NCBI GenBank assembly: GCA_003150515.1
Contig: QALW01000044.1
Coordinates: forward strand, 5,838 to 69,837
DNA length: 64,000 nt
DNA from: Selenomonadales bacterium
GTDB lineage: Bacteria > Bacillota > Clostridia > Christensenellales > QALW01
Direction of reading: 5' to 3'
The notes under the pieces are model-generated. The model was not told where the DNA came from, did not search any database, and worked only from the letters and a program-made list of their open reading frames with translations. This document shows, in pieces, positions 45,557 to 56,067 of this stretch; the stretch's first letter is position 1, and the number at the start of each line of letters is the position of its first letter. The translations under genes were made by a program, and so were the position numbers.

Positions 45557-46510
45557 ATGAATAAAGGCAAAAAAATAACCATACTGGGCACGGGCAACGT
45601 AGGCGCAACAATCGCTTATACGCTGGCTATTGACGGTATGGCCTCTGAAATTCTGCTTATAGACATCAACGAGAAAAAGGCTCAGGGAGAAGCCATGGAT
45701 ATCTTGCAGGGAACGCCTTTCTGCGCTCCGGTTAATATTCATGCCGGCGGTTACGAGGAAGCGGCCCATTCGGACGTGGTTATAGTAACGGTAGGGCTGG
45801 CCCGCAAGCCGGGGCAATCCCGAATAGACCTGGCTCAAGTCAACGTGGATATTATTAAATCGGTTATGCCCCAGATAACCCGCTTTGCTCCCGACGCGGT
45901 ATACATTGTGGTGAGCAATCCCGTGGACGTAATCACTTACGCAATTTTAAAGACTACCAACCTGGCCGAAAACCAGGTGTTCGGCTCGGGCACCATGCTG
46001 GATTCGGCGCGCCTGCGCTCCCGTCTGGCCGAACATGTAGGGCTGAGTTCTAAAAACGTGCACGCATATGTTTTCGGAGAGCACGGGGACACCTCCCTCA
46101 TTCCCTGGTCTTTAACTACCATTGCCGGCATGGAGATGGATAAATACTGCACGCATATTTGCAGCCGCCATAATCACTGCGGCAAGGAAGAATTAAAGGA
46201 TATAGAAGAAGACGTCCGCACGGCGGGAGCTAAAGTTATAGCCCTTAAGGGAGCCACCTTTTACGCTATAGCCCTTTCTGTGCGGCGGATATGCGAATGC
46301 GTGCTCAGAGATACGCATTCGGTTATGACCATTTCGGCAATAATACATAACCAGTACGGCATAAACGACGTATGCCTGAGCCTTCCCTTCGTGGTGGGCG
46401 CTCAGGGCATAATCCGGCCCATAGTGCCCCTTTTGACGGAATCTGAGGAAATATTGCTGCGCAAGAGCGCGGACGCGCTGAAGGATGTTATTTCACAGCT
46501 TAAATTTTAA
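45557..46510 (+). CDS. ldh: L-lactate dehydrogenase (LDH/MDH family)
   Basis: KITILGTGNVGAT, VVTVGLARKPGQSR, GEHGDTS. Start trimmed to the ATG that has an AAGGAGG RBS. Confidence 0.88.
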   Translation: MNKGKKITILGTGNVGATIAYTLAIDGMASEILLIDINEKKAQGEAMDILQGTPFCAPVNIHAGGYEEAAHSDVVIVTVGLARKPGQSRIDLAQVNVDIIKSVMPQITRFAPDAVYIVVSNPVDVITYAILKTTNLAENQVFGSGTMLDSARLRSRLAEHVGLSSKNVHAYVFGEHGDTSLIPWSLTTIAGMEMDKYCTHICSRHNHCGKEELKDIEEDVRTAGAKVIALKGATFYAIALSVRRICECVLRDTHSVMTISAIIHNQYGINDVCLSLPFVVGAQGIIRPIVPLLTESEEILLRKSADALKDVISQLKF

Positions 46511-46530
46511 ATAGGAAAGGATGATTTTTA

Positions 46531-47703
46531 ATGGATTACGCTGCTGAATCTCTCAAAAAGCATAGAGAATGGAAAGGCAAGATTGAAGTTATCTGCCGCG
46601 CCCCTCTGGAAACGAAGGACGATCTCTCCCTGGCTTATACTCCGGGCGTTGCTCAGCCCTGCCTGGAAATTCAAAAGGACGTTGATTTAAGCTACGAGCT
46701 TACCCGCCGCTCCAATCTTGTGGCCGTCGTTACGGACGGTACGGCCGTTCTGGGCCTGGGCGATATAGGCCCGGAGGCGGGCATGCCCGTTATGGAGGGC
46801 AAATGCGCCTTGTTTAAGGCGTTCGGAGACGTGGACGCCATTCCCCTATGCGTGCGTTCCAAAGAGGTGGAGGATATAGTCAACACTGTGCGCCTGCTCG
46901 CCGGCAGCTTTGGCGGCATTAATCTTGAAGATATTTCAGCTCCCCGCTGCTTTGAAATAGAGAGTCGCCTTAAGGAATGCTGCGACATCCCGATTTTTCA
47001 TGACGACCAGCACGGCACGGCGGTTGTAACTCTAGCCGCCATGATTAACGCTCTTAAGCTGACGGGCCGGAAGCTGGATGAAATCCGAGTGGTTACAAGC
47101 GGCGCGGGCGCGGCGGGCATAGCTATTATCCGCCTGCTTATAGCCATGGGCCTTAAGGACGTCATTCTATGCGACCGCAAGGGCGCGATTTATCAGGGCA
47201 GAGAGGGGCTCAACGCCGAAAAGGAGGAAATGGCGGCCATTACTAATAAAAACTGCTTAAAGGGTTCGCTTGCGGACGTGCTTAAGGGCGCGGACGTATT
47301 TATAGGGGTTTCCGCTCCCGGCTGCGTAACGCCTGAAATGGTTAAATCCATGGCTCCTGATCCCATACTTTTCCCCATGGCCAATCCTGTGCCTGAAATC
47401 ATGCCTGATTTAGCCAAAGCCGCGGGAGCCGCCGTAGTGGGCACGGGGCGCAGCGATTTCCCCAACCAGATTAATAACGTGCTGGCTTTTCCCGGCATTT
47501 TCCGGGGCGCGCTGGACGTGCGCGCCAGGGATATAAACGATGATATGAAAATCGCCGCCGCTCAGGCCATAGCCGCCTTTGTGACGGAAGAACAGCTCTC
47601 GGCCGAATATATAATTCCCAGCGCTCTTGACCGCAGCGTGGCCCAGGCCGTAGCCAAGGCCGTGGCCCAGGCCGCCAGAGATTCGGGAGTGGCCAGAATT
47701 TAA
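46531..47703 (+). CDS. NAD(P)-dependent malic enzyme (oxaloacetate-decarboxylating)
   Basis: LSLAYTPGVAQPC, FHDDQHGTAVV, SGAGAAGIAI. Confidence 0.9.
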   Translation: MDYAAESLKKHREWKGKIEVICRAPLETKDDLSLAYTPGVAQPCLEIQKDVDLSYELTRRSNLVAVVTDGTAVLGLGDIGPEAGMPVMEGKCALFKAFGDVDAIPLCVRSKEVEDIVNTVRLLAGSFGGINLEDISAPRCFEIESRLKECCDIPIFHDDQHGTAVVTLAAMINALKLTGRKLDEIRVVTSGAGAAGIAIIRLLIAMGLKDVILCDRKGAIYQGREGLNAEKEEMAAITNKNCLKGSLADVLKGADVFIGVSAPGCVTPEMVKSMAPDPILFPMANPVPEIMPDLAKAAGAAVVGTGRSDFPNQINNVLAFPGIFRGALDVRARDINDDMKIAAAQAIAAFVTEEQLSAEYIIPSALDRSVAQAVAKAVAQAARDSGVARI

Positions 47704-47719
47704 AGCTTGTTAAAATACC

Positions 47720-47762
47720 AATCCGGCCGGCGCTTTAAAAACAGCGCCGGCCGGATTTTTTG
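47720..47762 (+). terminator. intrinsic terminator after the malic enzyme gene
   Basis: AATCCGGCCGGCGCT / AGCGCCGGCCGGATT stem followed by a T-run. Confidence 0.88.
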
Positions 47763-47998
47763 TTATTTACTGCATATTGCTATTGACTTTATCCCCCAAA
47801 AAGAATAAAATAAATACACAATTAAGTTAATTTTTTGAAATATCACTATTTTATTATTGCTTTTTATTTAATAGATTTTCATAACAATTTGGGTCTAAAA
47901 ATGTGAATATATTCCGCGCAGATAATATTTTATAGGAAAGGAGGATATGGGGTTTTTAGGCGCGGTTTATAGAATATAAATTTAAGGAGATTTTGAGA

Positions 47999-48922
47999 AT
48001 GAAAAAACACTTTATATCTAAGCGTATTTTAACAATACTGCTGGCGCTTATGCTGCTTTTGGCTGCTCTTCCCAGCGGAGTATTCGCTCAAAGCTTCCAA
48101 ATGGAAACGGAAGATTTGCCGGCCGTTCTTGTTAAATCTGATGTAATTCAGCCCGCGACGATTCTGCCGCCCGAAAATTTGGGAGGCCAAGACATATCCA
48201 TTACCGCTGTTCCGAGTGAAGAAATTCCTTTAAAGCAGGATGAGGCAGCAGTTGTAAGCGCATTTGATGATGAAATATTTTATGTCAACGGAATAGAAAA
48301 CGGAGGAAATCTGCGCAGCACGCCCAATGCCAGCAATGACAGCAATATTATAATCTGTATTGAAAATGGGCAAAGGGTAGAAAAAATATCTCAAACCGGC
48401 AACTGGCTATATGTTTCATATTATATCGTACGTAATTCAGATGGTATGCCTTTAACTTATTATGGTTATATGCATAACAGCGTGCTTTTGCCCGATGGCC
48501 AGAAGATTATAATGGCTAACAGCGATACCTCGGATAAGCTGCTCAATATGCGTTCCTATCCTAACGGCCCCATAATAGGCACTATTCCTAATGACCATTG
48601 CATGCTTTACGATGATTCTAATCCTAAGAGCGGCAATTGGCAGCAGGTAGTATATAACGGTAAAACGGGCTATGTTTATACGCCTCTCACTAAAAAAGCT
48701 ACTGTTACGGCATATGACGTGTCTATTTGGGAAGGATCTTCGTCTTTTATATTATATGATGACTACGGCGTTCAAGAGGGAGATGTCTTTGATGTAAGTA
48801 TTCCGTTCAAGAGGGAATTTCAGAACGGTTTAAAGATAGACATTAATGACAACGGCAATATAATATCGGTAACCGCAGTTGAAGAAATGGAAGTAACCAA
48901 GCTAATTTTCGGGCAGGAATAA
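47999..48922 (+). CDS. secreted protein with two bacterial SH3-like domains
   Basis: Signal peptide MKKHFISKRILTILLALMLLLAALPSGVFAQ. SH3b-like segments NLRSTPNASNDSNIIICIENGQRVEKISQTGNWLYVSY and LNMRSYPNGPIIGTIPNDHCMLYDD...GNWQQVVYNGKTGYVY. Confidence 0.8.
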   Translation: MKKHFISKRILTILLALMLLLAALPSGVFAQSFQMETEDLPAVLVKSDVIQPATILPPENLGGQDISITAVPSEEIPLKQDEAAVVSAFDDEIFYVNGIENGGNLRSTPNASNDSNIIICIENGQRVEKISQTGNWLYVSYYIVRNSDGMPLTYYGYMHNSVLLPDGQKIIMANSDTSDKLLNMRSYPNGPIIGTIPNDHCMLYDDSNPKSGNWQQVVYNGKTGYVYTPLTKKATVTAYDVSIWEGSSSFILYDDYGVQEGDVFDVSIPFKREFQNGLKIDINDNGNIISVTAVEEMEVTKLIFGQE

Positions 48923-48949
48923 AAAGGAGGGCGTTAAGCCCTCCTTTTA
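48921..48949. terminator. bidirectional terminator between convergent genes
   Basis: AAGGAGGGC / GCCCTCCTT stem flanked by A- and T-runs. Confidence 0.8.
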
Positions 48950-51922
48950 TTATTCAGTATATTTGGTTTCCACCGTAAACAGCTCATCTACCTCCGCCCG
49001 GCTCATGCCGAAGGCGTCCATGAAATTCAATTTAACCATTTCGGGCTTTTTAAGCAGGGCCTCTCTGAGCCGCTTTTTATAGGTGTTGAAGGTGCTTTCG
49101 CTGGGCGCTCCCCAGCGCTCCCGCTGGCGGGGCATCTCGCTTTCTATCTCGGCGAACATGCTTTCCATAAGGGGAATGGTCCTATCCGGATGCAGAGCGT
49201 TCTGCACATGCATGGCGTATCTCTCTATAAAGAGCTGCTTGCCCTCTGAATTTTGCAGCAGGGAATAGCCTAATATTGAGCGAAACCTTTTGCCAACACC
49301 ATGACCTATATTATTAGCCATTTTATAGAGATAATTGTAATCTGGGTCATCATAATTGCCCTTCCAGAGGGACCAGTCGTTATCATAGAACACCCAGCGC
49401 CATTTTGTGGAGCCGTCGCTGGCGGCGTATACCTTTATATTGCCCGAATCGGTATGCAGCACCCAGGAGGCGGCTATCCACCAGTCAATGAGAGAATAGA
49501 TATCCACATGCTCGCAGAGGTATTGATAATTTTCCTTTGTGCTCATATCGTGGGATTCGGCGTATTTTTCTAAGTCGCGGAAGGACTTATGGGCGGCGCT
49601 GTTGTTAGCGTTGCCTTTGATAATGGTGACGTTGTCCGCGTCTATTCCGTCGTGGGTTTCAAAATAAGATTCGTTAATCTTTTCGCGCAGATAATAGAGG
49701 CCGAAATATTCGCCGTTGATATATACCGCGCAGGGCTGAGAATCCATAACGGCCAGTTCGAAATCGTCCTGCACCATTTTAGAGATAAAAGCGTCTTTGA
49801 TTTTAGTCCATTTCCAGTCCTGGCCGCCGCTGTGCAGCAGCAGGCTTTCAAAATGGGTAACCTCGTTGCCTTCAAAGAACGGGTAATCCACTCCCTTGCG
49901 TCCGTAATTATCCCTTATCTGTATGGCGATGCTTTTCTGTTTTTCTATTCGGGAATAGTCGCCGTGTATTCTTATGCCGGCGGGAAATTCCAGCACTTTC
50001 ACTCCGTCGGCAGTAAAATATTCTATATTGGCCTGGCGCTCCCAATCTCGATAGAAGTTGGCGGGGGCGTCCTTAAGCTGTTCTATGCTCATATCCTCGT
50101 TGGCGTTTGGGCCATATTCAAATATGCCGTTCTGAACGCTGAAAAGCCCGTCGGGATCGCTGGAGAGGCAGACAATGGGGAGGGAATGCCTGTCCTCGAT
50201 AAGCAGGGTGCAGGATCTTATATCGCTGTTAAGCATGCCGTCGGCATAAACAACCGCGCGTACAGTAGTGGATTTATTTATGGTTATGGGGCCTGAATAG
50301 CGGCTGGAATTGCGGTTGGGCTCGCTGCCGTCGGTGGTATAATAAATAATTCCTCCGCTGGGAGCGGTTATGGAGAGCTGATAGCCCGCCTGGACATATC
50401 CGCCCGTTGTGGAGAAGGAAGCGTTGCCTATATAGCCGGTGTAAGTGCCGCCGTTTGAAAAATATACTCTGTCCGCAAGGGTTGTGCCCTCCCGGCCGCT
50501 GGAAACTCCTTCGCGCAGTTTGCCTGTGCTGAACGCGTCCACGGTCCGGCCGTTTGGATCGGTCAGATAGAGTTCGTCTCCCGAGGTGCTTACTTTAAAA
50601 TTGAGATAAATGCTGTTGCGGTCGGAGCCTTGGTTATTCAGCCCTGCGGCATAAAGGGTAAGGGTGCCGCCCGCGGGGACCGCGCCTTTTTCAAAGGTAT
50701 AGCGGTAGGGATCGGCCAGGCTTTTGGAAATGCCGTAGCCCGCCAGGGATATATCGCTGTCCGTGCCGTTGAAAAGGGTTATGGTGTCGTAGCCGTCGTC
50801 GTCAGGGGTGGCGGAGACCTTGCTGATCCAAAGTCCGCGGTTTATAAGCTGGCTGGCCGTCATTAATTCAGAAAAGCCTGTTGAAGCGTTGGCTGCGCCG
50901 GGAGTAGGCAGGGCGTAAAATTCCCATACGGAAGGATCCTGCGGATTTCTGCCTGCGGATATGTTGTCGGGCAGGTTTTTAAGGGCTACCGAATCTATTT
51001 TATGTCCCTGTTTATCTGAGAGCATCAGGATTTCGTCAGTTTTTGAGAGACCGAAAGAGGCGTGCAGCTCAGTATCAGTTTTTTTATCCTTGCCTGAAAG
51101 GAAGATCAGGAGGCAGCCGCCCGCAGCGATTTTTACGTCGCCGGGAATCTGCCATTTATCCACTTCGGACAGATCGTCGGTCAGGTACATGCCTGAAAGG
51201 TCTATTTCCTCTGAACCCGGATTATATATTTCCACCCAATCGTTATAATCTCCCTCCGAATCATAGAGAGTATAGGTGTTGCTGTTCATATATTCGTTTA
51301 TATAGAGCAGGGGAGTATCAAATTGCAGGCCGTCTATGCTTTGGGCATGGCTGCCCGAATTAGTCGCGCCGGGCGTAGGGACTGCAAACCACATAAATTT
51401 CCCGGCGTCCGCCCCTTCTAAAACCACGCCGTAGGAAATATCCTTTGAGGCGGCCTCGGGAACTTCCACTCTGCTGGCGTATGTCCCGTCCGGTTTGAGA
51501 AGAGTGATGGTTTCGCCCTTGCTGGATATGGCGAAATTGGTGTGTATTTCGCTATCTGCCATTTTATTTTTGCCTGAAGCGAAGATTACGAGATAACTGC
51601 CGGGCTCCATAGTATAGGCGGGCAGTTCAAATTTCTGCGGGCGCTGCTCGTTATCCGAAAGATAATATCCGCTGAGGCTGATTCTGGAAGAGGAAGCGTT
51701 ATAGAGCTCTATCCAGTCGGAGTATTCGCCGTCGGCGTCAGTCAGGCCGGTTGAATTGCTGGACATAATTTCAGTTATATAAATATCTTGGGAGGATGTC
51801 TCGCCGCCCGTATTTGAATTTGAGGCCGATGGGTTGTCGTCTGTGCCTGAACAGCCTGCCAGGGGAATAATAAGCGCCAGCGCCGTTAGAAGCGCGCAGA
51901 GCTTCAGGGTTAGTTTGTTCAT
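48950..51922 (-). CDS. CotH-kinase-family lipoprotein with N-terminal lamin-tail (LTD) repeats
   Basis: Lipobox IIPLAGC. Three LTD-like repeats (EIMSSN...DWIELYN, YINEYMNSN...DWVEIYN, and a third). CotH-like region IEYFTADG...GIRIHGDYSR...FFEGN...YYLREKI. Confidence 0.85.
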   Translation of the reverse strand: MNKLTLKLCALLTALALIIPLAGCSGTDDNPSASNSNTGGETSSQDIYITEIMSSNSTGLTDADGEYSDWIELYNASSSRISLSGYYLSDNEQRPQKFELPAYTMEPGSYLVIFASGKNKMADSEIHTNFAISSKGETITLLKPDGTYASRVEVPEAASKDISYGVVLEGADAGKFMWFAVPTPGATNSGSHAQSIDGLQFDTPLLYINEYMNSNTYTLYDSEGDYNDWVEIYNPGSEEIDLSGMYLTDDLSEVDKWQIPGDVKIAAGGCLLIFLSGKDKKTDTELHASFGLSKTDEILMLSDKQGHKIDSVALKNLPDNISAGRNPQDPSVWEFYALPTPGAANASTGFSELMTASQLINRGLWISKVSATPDDDGYDTITLFNGTDSDISLAGYGISKSLADPYRYTFEKGAVPAGGTLTLYAAGLNNQGSDRNSIYLNFKVSTSGDELYLTDPNGRTVDAFSTGKLREGVSSGREGTTLADRVYFSNGGTYTGYIGNASFSTTGGYVQAGYQLSITAPSGGIIYYTTDGSEPNRNSSRYSGPITINKSTTVRAVVYADGMLNSDIRSCTLLIEDRHSLPIVCLSSDPDGLFSVQNGIFEYGPNANEDMSIEQLKDAPANFYRDWERQANIEYFTADGVKVLEFPAGIRIHGDYSRIEKQKSIAIQIRDNYGRKGVDYPFFEGNEVTHFESLLLHSGGQDWKWTKIKDAFISKMVQDDFELAVMDSQPCAVYINGEYFGLYYLREKINESYFETHDGIDADNVTIIKGNANNSAAHKSFRDLEKYAESHDMSTKENYQYLCEHVDIYSLIDWWIAASWVLHTDSGNIKVYAASDGSTKWRWVFYDNDWSLWKGNYDDPDYNYLYKMANNIGHGVGKRFRSILGYSLLQNSEGKQLFIERYAMHVQNALHPDRTIPLMESMFAEIESEMPRQRERWGAPSESTFNTYKKRLREALLKKPEMVKLNFMDAFGMSRAEVDELFTVETKYTE

Positions 51923-52197
51923 GAAAATATCTCCGTTTCTCCGGCTGCTTTTGTTTTTTGAGCTGAAATAAGCTTAAATAGTTAAATGCGTATAAAAGCT
52001 GATGCCGATACAACAATTTTAACATAGGCATAATGAAAATGCAAAGGAATTTGTTTTAAAAAAGCATTAATTAAATGGGACGTTCGGAGTAATTAGCTGT
52101 AATATTTTGCAGGATGCAGAGGCGGATTTAGGAGAGGCGGGGAGAGACTGCGGGCGAATCCGGGCGGATTAAATATAAAGACGCTAGGACGCCGCGA

Positions 52198-52391
52198 GGG
52201 GGCGGGAAAGATAAAAGGCCTGCGGCGCGGCGGATTTGGGCCGTGCCGCAGGGCGGCCGGCCCGGCAGGGCCGGCCACATTATTGTTTGCCCCGCTTTGC
52301 GGGGCAAACGGGTGGGCAACCCGTCCCGCTTAAAACTGAATAGCAATTAAGCAGCCTAAAGGGCCGCCCCGCCCTTTAAAGGAGGGCGCCC
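52198..52391. repeat. dispersed-repeat copy in inverted orientation plus a CCTTTAAAGG box
   Basis: GGGGGCGGGAAAGATAAAAG (52198..52217). Hairpins at 52219..52252 (loop is the complement of CCAAATCC), 52255..52276, 52286..52308 and 52308..52324. ACATTATTGTTT at 52277..52288. Box at 52361..52391. Confidence 0.88.
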
Positions 52392-52646
52392 GAATATTAT
52401 TCATTTCCAGTTTACATACCTTTATTCATATATATATTCTTTCTAATTGCTTTTGCTTTGCGCCCATAATGCGCGCAATACTTCTTCCTAATTGCCCTTT
52501 AATTATCCGAACTGATAAAGATATCCCGGCTTCTGTTTGCGCGCATTCATATATAAACCCACCCGCGGCCCGGCGCACGCGAAGCGTGCGGCAGCGGCCG
52601 AGGCGGTTAAAAAACGTTTTTTAAGCAAGCTTGAGTTAAAAAGTCC

Positions 52647-52675
52647 TTTACAATGAAGGAACTACAATATATAAT
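52647..52675 (+). promoter_or_regulatory. ileS promoter
   Basis: TTTACA, 17-nt spacer, TATAAT (52670..52675). Confidence 0.6.
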
Positions 52676-52681
52676 TATAAA

Positions 52682-52945
52682 AAAGAATAACCCTGCGAAA
52701 GGGAGCCGCTTATTCATAATACATCCTTTAAGAGAGCCGTCCGTTTGGTGCAAGGAGGGCAGGGATGAGATTAAGGGGTATCGCCCTGGAGGGGCCGGGA
52801 CGAAATTTTCAACAGTAGGCCCGGACGGCGCGCGTCCGTTAAACACGCGGAGGCATAAGGCGAACAGAAACGTCCGTGCCGTGCTCTACAATGGTTTTTA
52901 AGGCTTTGCATTTTTGTTAGAGTGCAGAGCTTTTGCTTTCTTAAA
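52682..52945 (+). ncRNA. probable T-box leader (Ile) with a terminator
   Basis: Stem-I hallmarks AGAGAG (52731..52736) and a distal-loop-like GGTGCAA (52747..52753). Candidate specifier AUU followed by A at 52770..52773. Terminator GCTTTGCA/TGCAGAGC plus TTTT at 52903..52934. The canonical GGTGGTACCGCG T-box core was not found cleanly. Confidence 0.45.
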
Positions 52946-52962
52946 ATATTGGAGGAATAATT

Positions 52963-55900
52963 ATGTATAAAAAAGTGGATACGGGATTAAATTTTGTGGA
53001 ACGCGAGCAAGAGGTGCTGGATTTCTGGAAAGAAAACCACATTTTTGAGAAGAGCGTTCAGGAAAATTCGGAGGGGCCTAATTTTACATTTTATGACGGC
53101 CCGCCTACAGCTAACGGCAAGCCGCATATAGGACATGTGCTTACCCGCGCTATAAAGGATCTTATCCCCCGTTACCGTACTATGAAAGGCTATAGAGTGC
53201 CGCGGAAGGCTGGGTGGGATACTCATGGCCTGCCAGTTGAATTAGAGGTGGAAAAACAGCTTGGCATAAACGGCAAGCCCCAAATAGAGAGTTACGGCAT
53301 AGAGCCCTTTATCCAAAAATGCAAGGAAAGCGTATGGAAATATAAGTCCGAATGGGAAAGAATGAGCGATCATGTAGCATATTGGGCGGATATGGAGCAT
53401 CCCTACGTTACTTATGAGGATAATTATATAGAATCAGAATGGTGGGCGCTTAAGCAAATCGCAGATAAGGGCCTGCTTTATAAAGGACATAAGATAGTGC
53501 CTTACTGCCCTCGCTGTGGGACGGCGCTTTCCAGCCATGAGGTGGCTCAGGGCTATAAGGACGTAAAGGAGACTTCCGCCTTTGTGGCGTTTAAGGCCAA
53601 AGGGCTGGAGGAGACTTATCTTTTAGCCTGGACCACCACTCCCTGGACGCTGCCCAGCAATGTGGCTCTTTGCGTAAACGCGGACGAGGAATACGTCTAT
53701 GCCCGCCTGGACGGCAAAATTTATATTCTGGCCGGAGCGCTTGCGGACGTGCTGGGCGAAGGGTACGAAATAATCAGGCGCGTTAAAGGGCATGAACTCT
53801 GCGGCATGGAATATGAGCCCCTGTTTGATTTTGCCCAGGTTAAAAAGAAAGCCTGGTATGTAGTGGCAGACGGCTATGTAACTCTGGATTCGGGCAGCGG
53901 CATAGTGCATATAGCGCCGGCTTTCGGAGAAGACGACGCAAGAGTGGGGCGGGAGAATAATCTGCCCTTTGTGCAGATGGTGGACGCTCAGGGCAAATTT
54001 GTGCCCGAATGCGCGCCGTATGCGGGCATGTTCGTAAAAGACGCGGATAAGCCCATAATCAAGGATTTAAAATCCAGAGGCCTGCTCTTTAAGACTCTGG
54101 AATTCGAGCATAGCTATCCTTATTGCTGGCGGTGCGATACGCCCCTTTTGTATTATGCGCGCCAGACCTGGTTTATCCGCATGACTGCCGTCAGGGATAA
54201 GCTGATTGAAAATAACCGGAAAATCAACTGGATTCCTGAGACCATCAAAGAGGGAAGAATGGGCAATTTCCTTGAAAACGTTATGGATTGGGCGCTTTCG
54301 CGCGAGCGCTACTGGGGCACGCCCCTGCCTGTTTGGGAATGCGAATGCGGGCATTTTCATGTAGTGGGCAGCCGAAAAGAGCTGTCTGAATTGACAGGCG
54401 CGCCTGAGGAGCTTGAATTGCATAAGCCCTATCTGGATCCATTGAAAATCAAATGTGAAAAATGCGGCGGGGAAATGCGCAGAGCGTCGGAGGTTATTGA
54501 TTGCTGGTTTGATTCGGGCTCTATGCCATTTGCTCAATGGCATTATCCTTTTGAGAACAAAGAGCTCTTTGAACAGAATTTTCCGGCGGATTTTATCAGC
54601 GAGGCCATAGACCAGACCAGAGGCTGGTTCTATTCCCTTTCGGCTATTTCTACTCTGCTCTTTGACAGCCCGGCGTTTAAAAATTGCATTGTTCTGGGAC
54701 ATGTCGGAGATAAGGACGGAATAAAAATGAGCAAGCATAAGGGAAATGTCGTGGATCCCTGGGACGCGCTTAACGCTCAGGGCGCGGACGCGGTGCGCTG
54801 GTATTTTTATACCGGCTCGTCCCCGTGGCTGCCTTCCCGCTTTTCTCTTGACGCAGTAAGCGAGGCGCAGCGTAAATTTATGGGCACCCTTTGGAATACC
54901 TACGCCTTTTATGTGCTGTATGCGGAGATAGATCAGTTTAATCCAACTGAATACAAGCTGGAATATGATAAGCTTTCGCTTATGGATAAATGGATACTTT
55001 CAAAGCTCAACAGCCTGATTGAATTTGTGGACAGCTCTCTGGGGAATTATATTATAACAGAGCCGGCCCGCGTCATGGCCGAATTTACCGATGAATTGAG
55101 CAACTGGTATGTGCGCCGCTGCCGCGAGAGATATTGGGGCAGCGAAATGACGCAGGATAAAATAAACGCATATATGACGCTCTATACGGTGCTTTGCACC
55201 ATGGCAAAATTAAGCGCGCCCTTTACGCCCTTTATGGCGGAGAGCATATATCAGAATCTTGTGAGGGGATTGGATTGCAATGCGCCTGAAAGCGTGCATT
55301 TGTGCGCGTTCCCCGTCTGCCAAAATGTCTATATCGATAAGGAACTGGAGGCGCATATGGAGACGGCGCTTTCAGTGGTGGTGCTGGGAAGAGCCTGCCG
55401 TTCGGGAGCGGGCATTAAAAACCGCCAGCCTCTTTCAAAAATATATGTTAAGAGCGACAAGCGGCTGCCTGATGAATTTTCCGCGCTGATAGCGGATGAA
55501 CTGAATGTAAAAGCGGTTGAATATCTTGCGGACGACAGCCGTTTTACAACTTACAGCCTTAAGCCGCAGATGCGTACTCTGGGCCCCAAATATGGACGGC
55601 TGCTGGGCGAAATAGGCAAATATCTGGCTCAGGCGGACGGAAGCGCCGTTGTGGAAGCCGTTAAAAACGGCGGAGTTTATACCTTTGAGCTTTCAGGGCA
55701 GCAAATAGAGCTGGGAGAGAACGACCTGCTTATAACGGCGGTCAGCCGGGAAGGATATGTTTCGGAGGCGGATGGAGGAACGGTAGTCGTGCTGGATACG
55801 GCGCTTAATGATGAATTAATAGCCGAGGGATATGTGCGCGAACTGGTAAGCAAAATACAGAATGCGCGCAAAGAGCAGGGGCTGGAAGTGACGGACCATA

Positions 55901-56067
55901 TAGAATTAACTCTTGACGCTCAGGGAGCGCTTAGAGAAGCAATTGAAAAGCACAGCGCGCAGCTATGCGGAGACGTGCTTTGCACTCGGCTGAGCTTTGC
56001 ATCTTTAACGGGCAAAGAGATGGATATAAATGGAAGCCGATGCGTAGCGGAGATTAAAAAGGCGTAA
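52963..56067 (+). CDS. ileS: isoleucine--tRNA ligase (long, type-2-like form)
   Basis: HIGH motif PPTANGKPHIGHV, KMSKS motif KMSKHKGN, and an editing CP1 region. GGAGGA RBS. Confidence 0.95.
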   Translation: MYKKVDTGLNFVEREQEVLDFWKENHIFEKSVQENSEGPNFTFYDGPPTANGKPHIGHVLTRAIKDLIPRYRTMKGYRVPRKAGWDTHGLPVELEVEKQLGINGKPQIESYGIEPFIQKCKESVWKYKSEWERMSDHVAYWADMEHPYVTYEDNYIESEWWALKQIADKGLLYKGHKIVPYCPRCGTALSSHEVAQGYKDVKETSAFVAFKAKGLEETYLLAWTTTPWTLPSNVALCVNADEEYVYARLDGKIYILAGALADVLGEGYEIIRRVKGHELCGMEYEPLFDFAQVKKKAWYVVADGYVTLDSGSGIVHIAPAFGEDDARVGRENNLPFVQMVDAQGKFVPECAPYAGMFVKDADKPIIKDLKSRGLLFKTLEFEHSYPYCWRCDTPLLYYARQTWFIRMTAVRDKLIENNRKINWIPETIKEGRMGNFLENVMDWALSRERYWGTPLPVWECECGHFHVVGSRKELSELTGAPEELELHKPYLDPLKIKCEKCGGEMRRASEVIDCWFDSGSMPFAQWHYPFENKELFEQNFPADFISEAIDQTRGWFYSLSAISTLLFDSPAFKNCIVLGHVGDKDGIKMSKHKGNVVDPWDALNAQGADAVRWYFYTGSSPWLPSRFSLDAVSEAQRKFMGTLWNTYAFYVLYAEIDQFNPTEYKLEYDKLSLMDKWILSKLNSLIEFVDSSLGNYIITEPARVMAEFTDELSNWYVRRCRERYWGSEMTQDKINAYMTLYTVLCTMAKLSAPFTPFMAESIYQNLVRGLDCNAPESVHLCAFPVCQNVYIDKELEAHMETALSVVVLGRACRSGAGIKNRQPLSKIYVKSDKRLPDEFSALIADELNVKAVEYLADDSRFTTYSLKPQMRTLGPKYGRLLGEIGKYLAQADGSAVVEAVKNGGVYTFELSGQQIELGENDLLITAVSREGYVSEADGGTVVVLDTALNDELIAEGYVRELVSKIQNARKEQGLEVTDHIELTLDAQGALREAIEKHSAQLCGDVLCTRLSFASLTGKEMDINGSRCVAEIKKA

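Noticed and set aside
49589-50296. 235-aa ORF antisense to the CotH gene (and likewise 54067..54738 in ileS, 58037..58591 in the SDR gene, 44003..44482 in the LysM gene, 24796..25281 over rluB, and 1074..2936 in carB)
   Set aside because: All are shadow ORFs inside confidently identified genes on the opposite strand.
52766-52785. GATTAAGGGGTATCGCCC as the T-box core sequence
   Set aside because: It lies only about 85 nt from the predicted start, which is the position of the stem-I specifier region, and it is not followed by a terminator. It is more consistent with the specifier loop (AUU-A).
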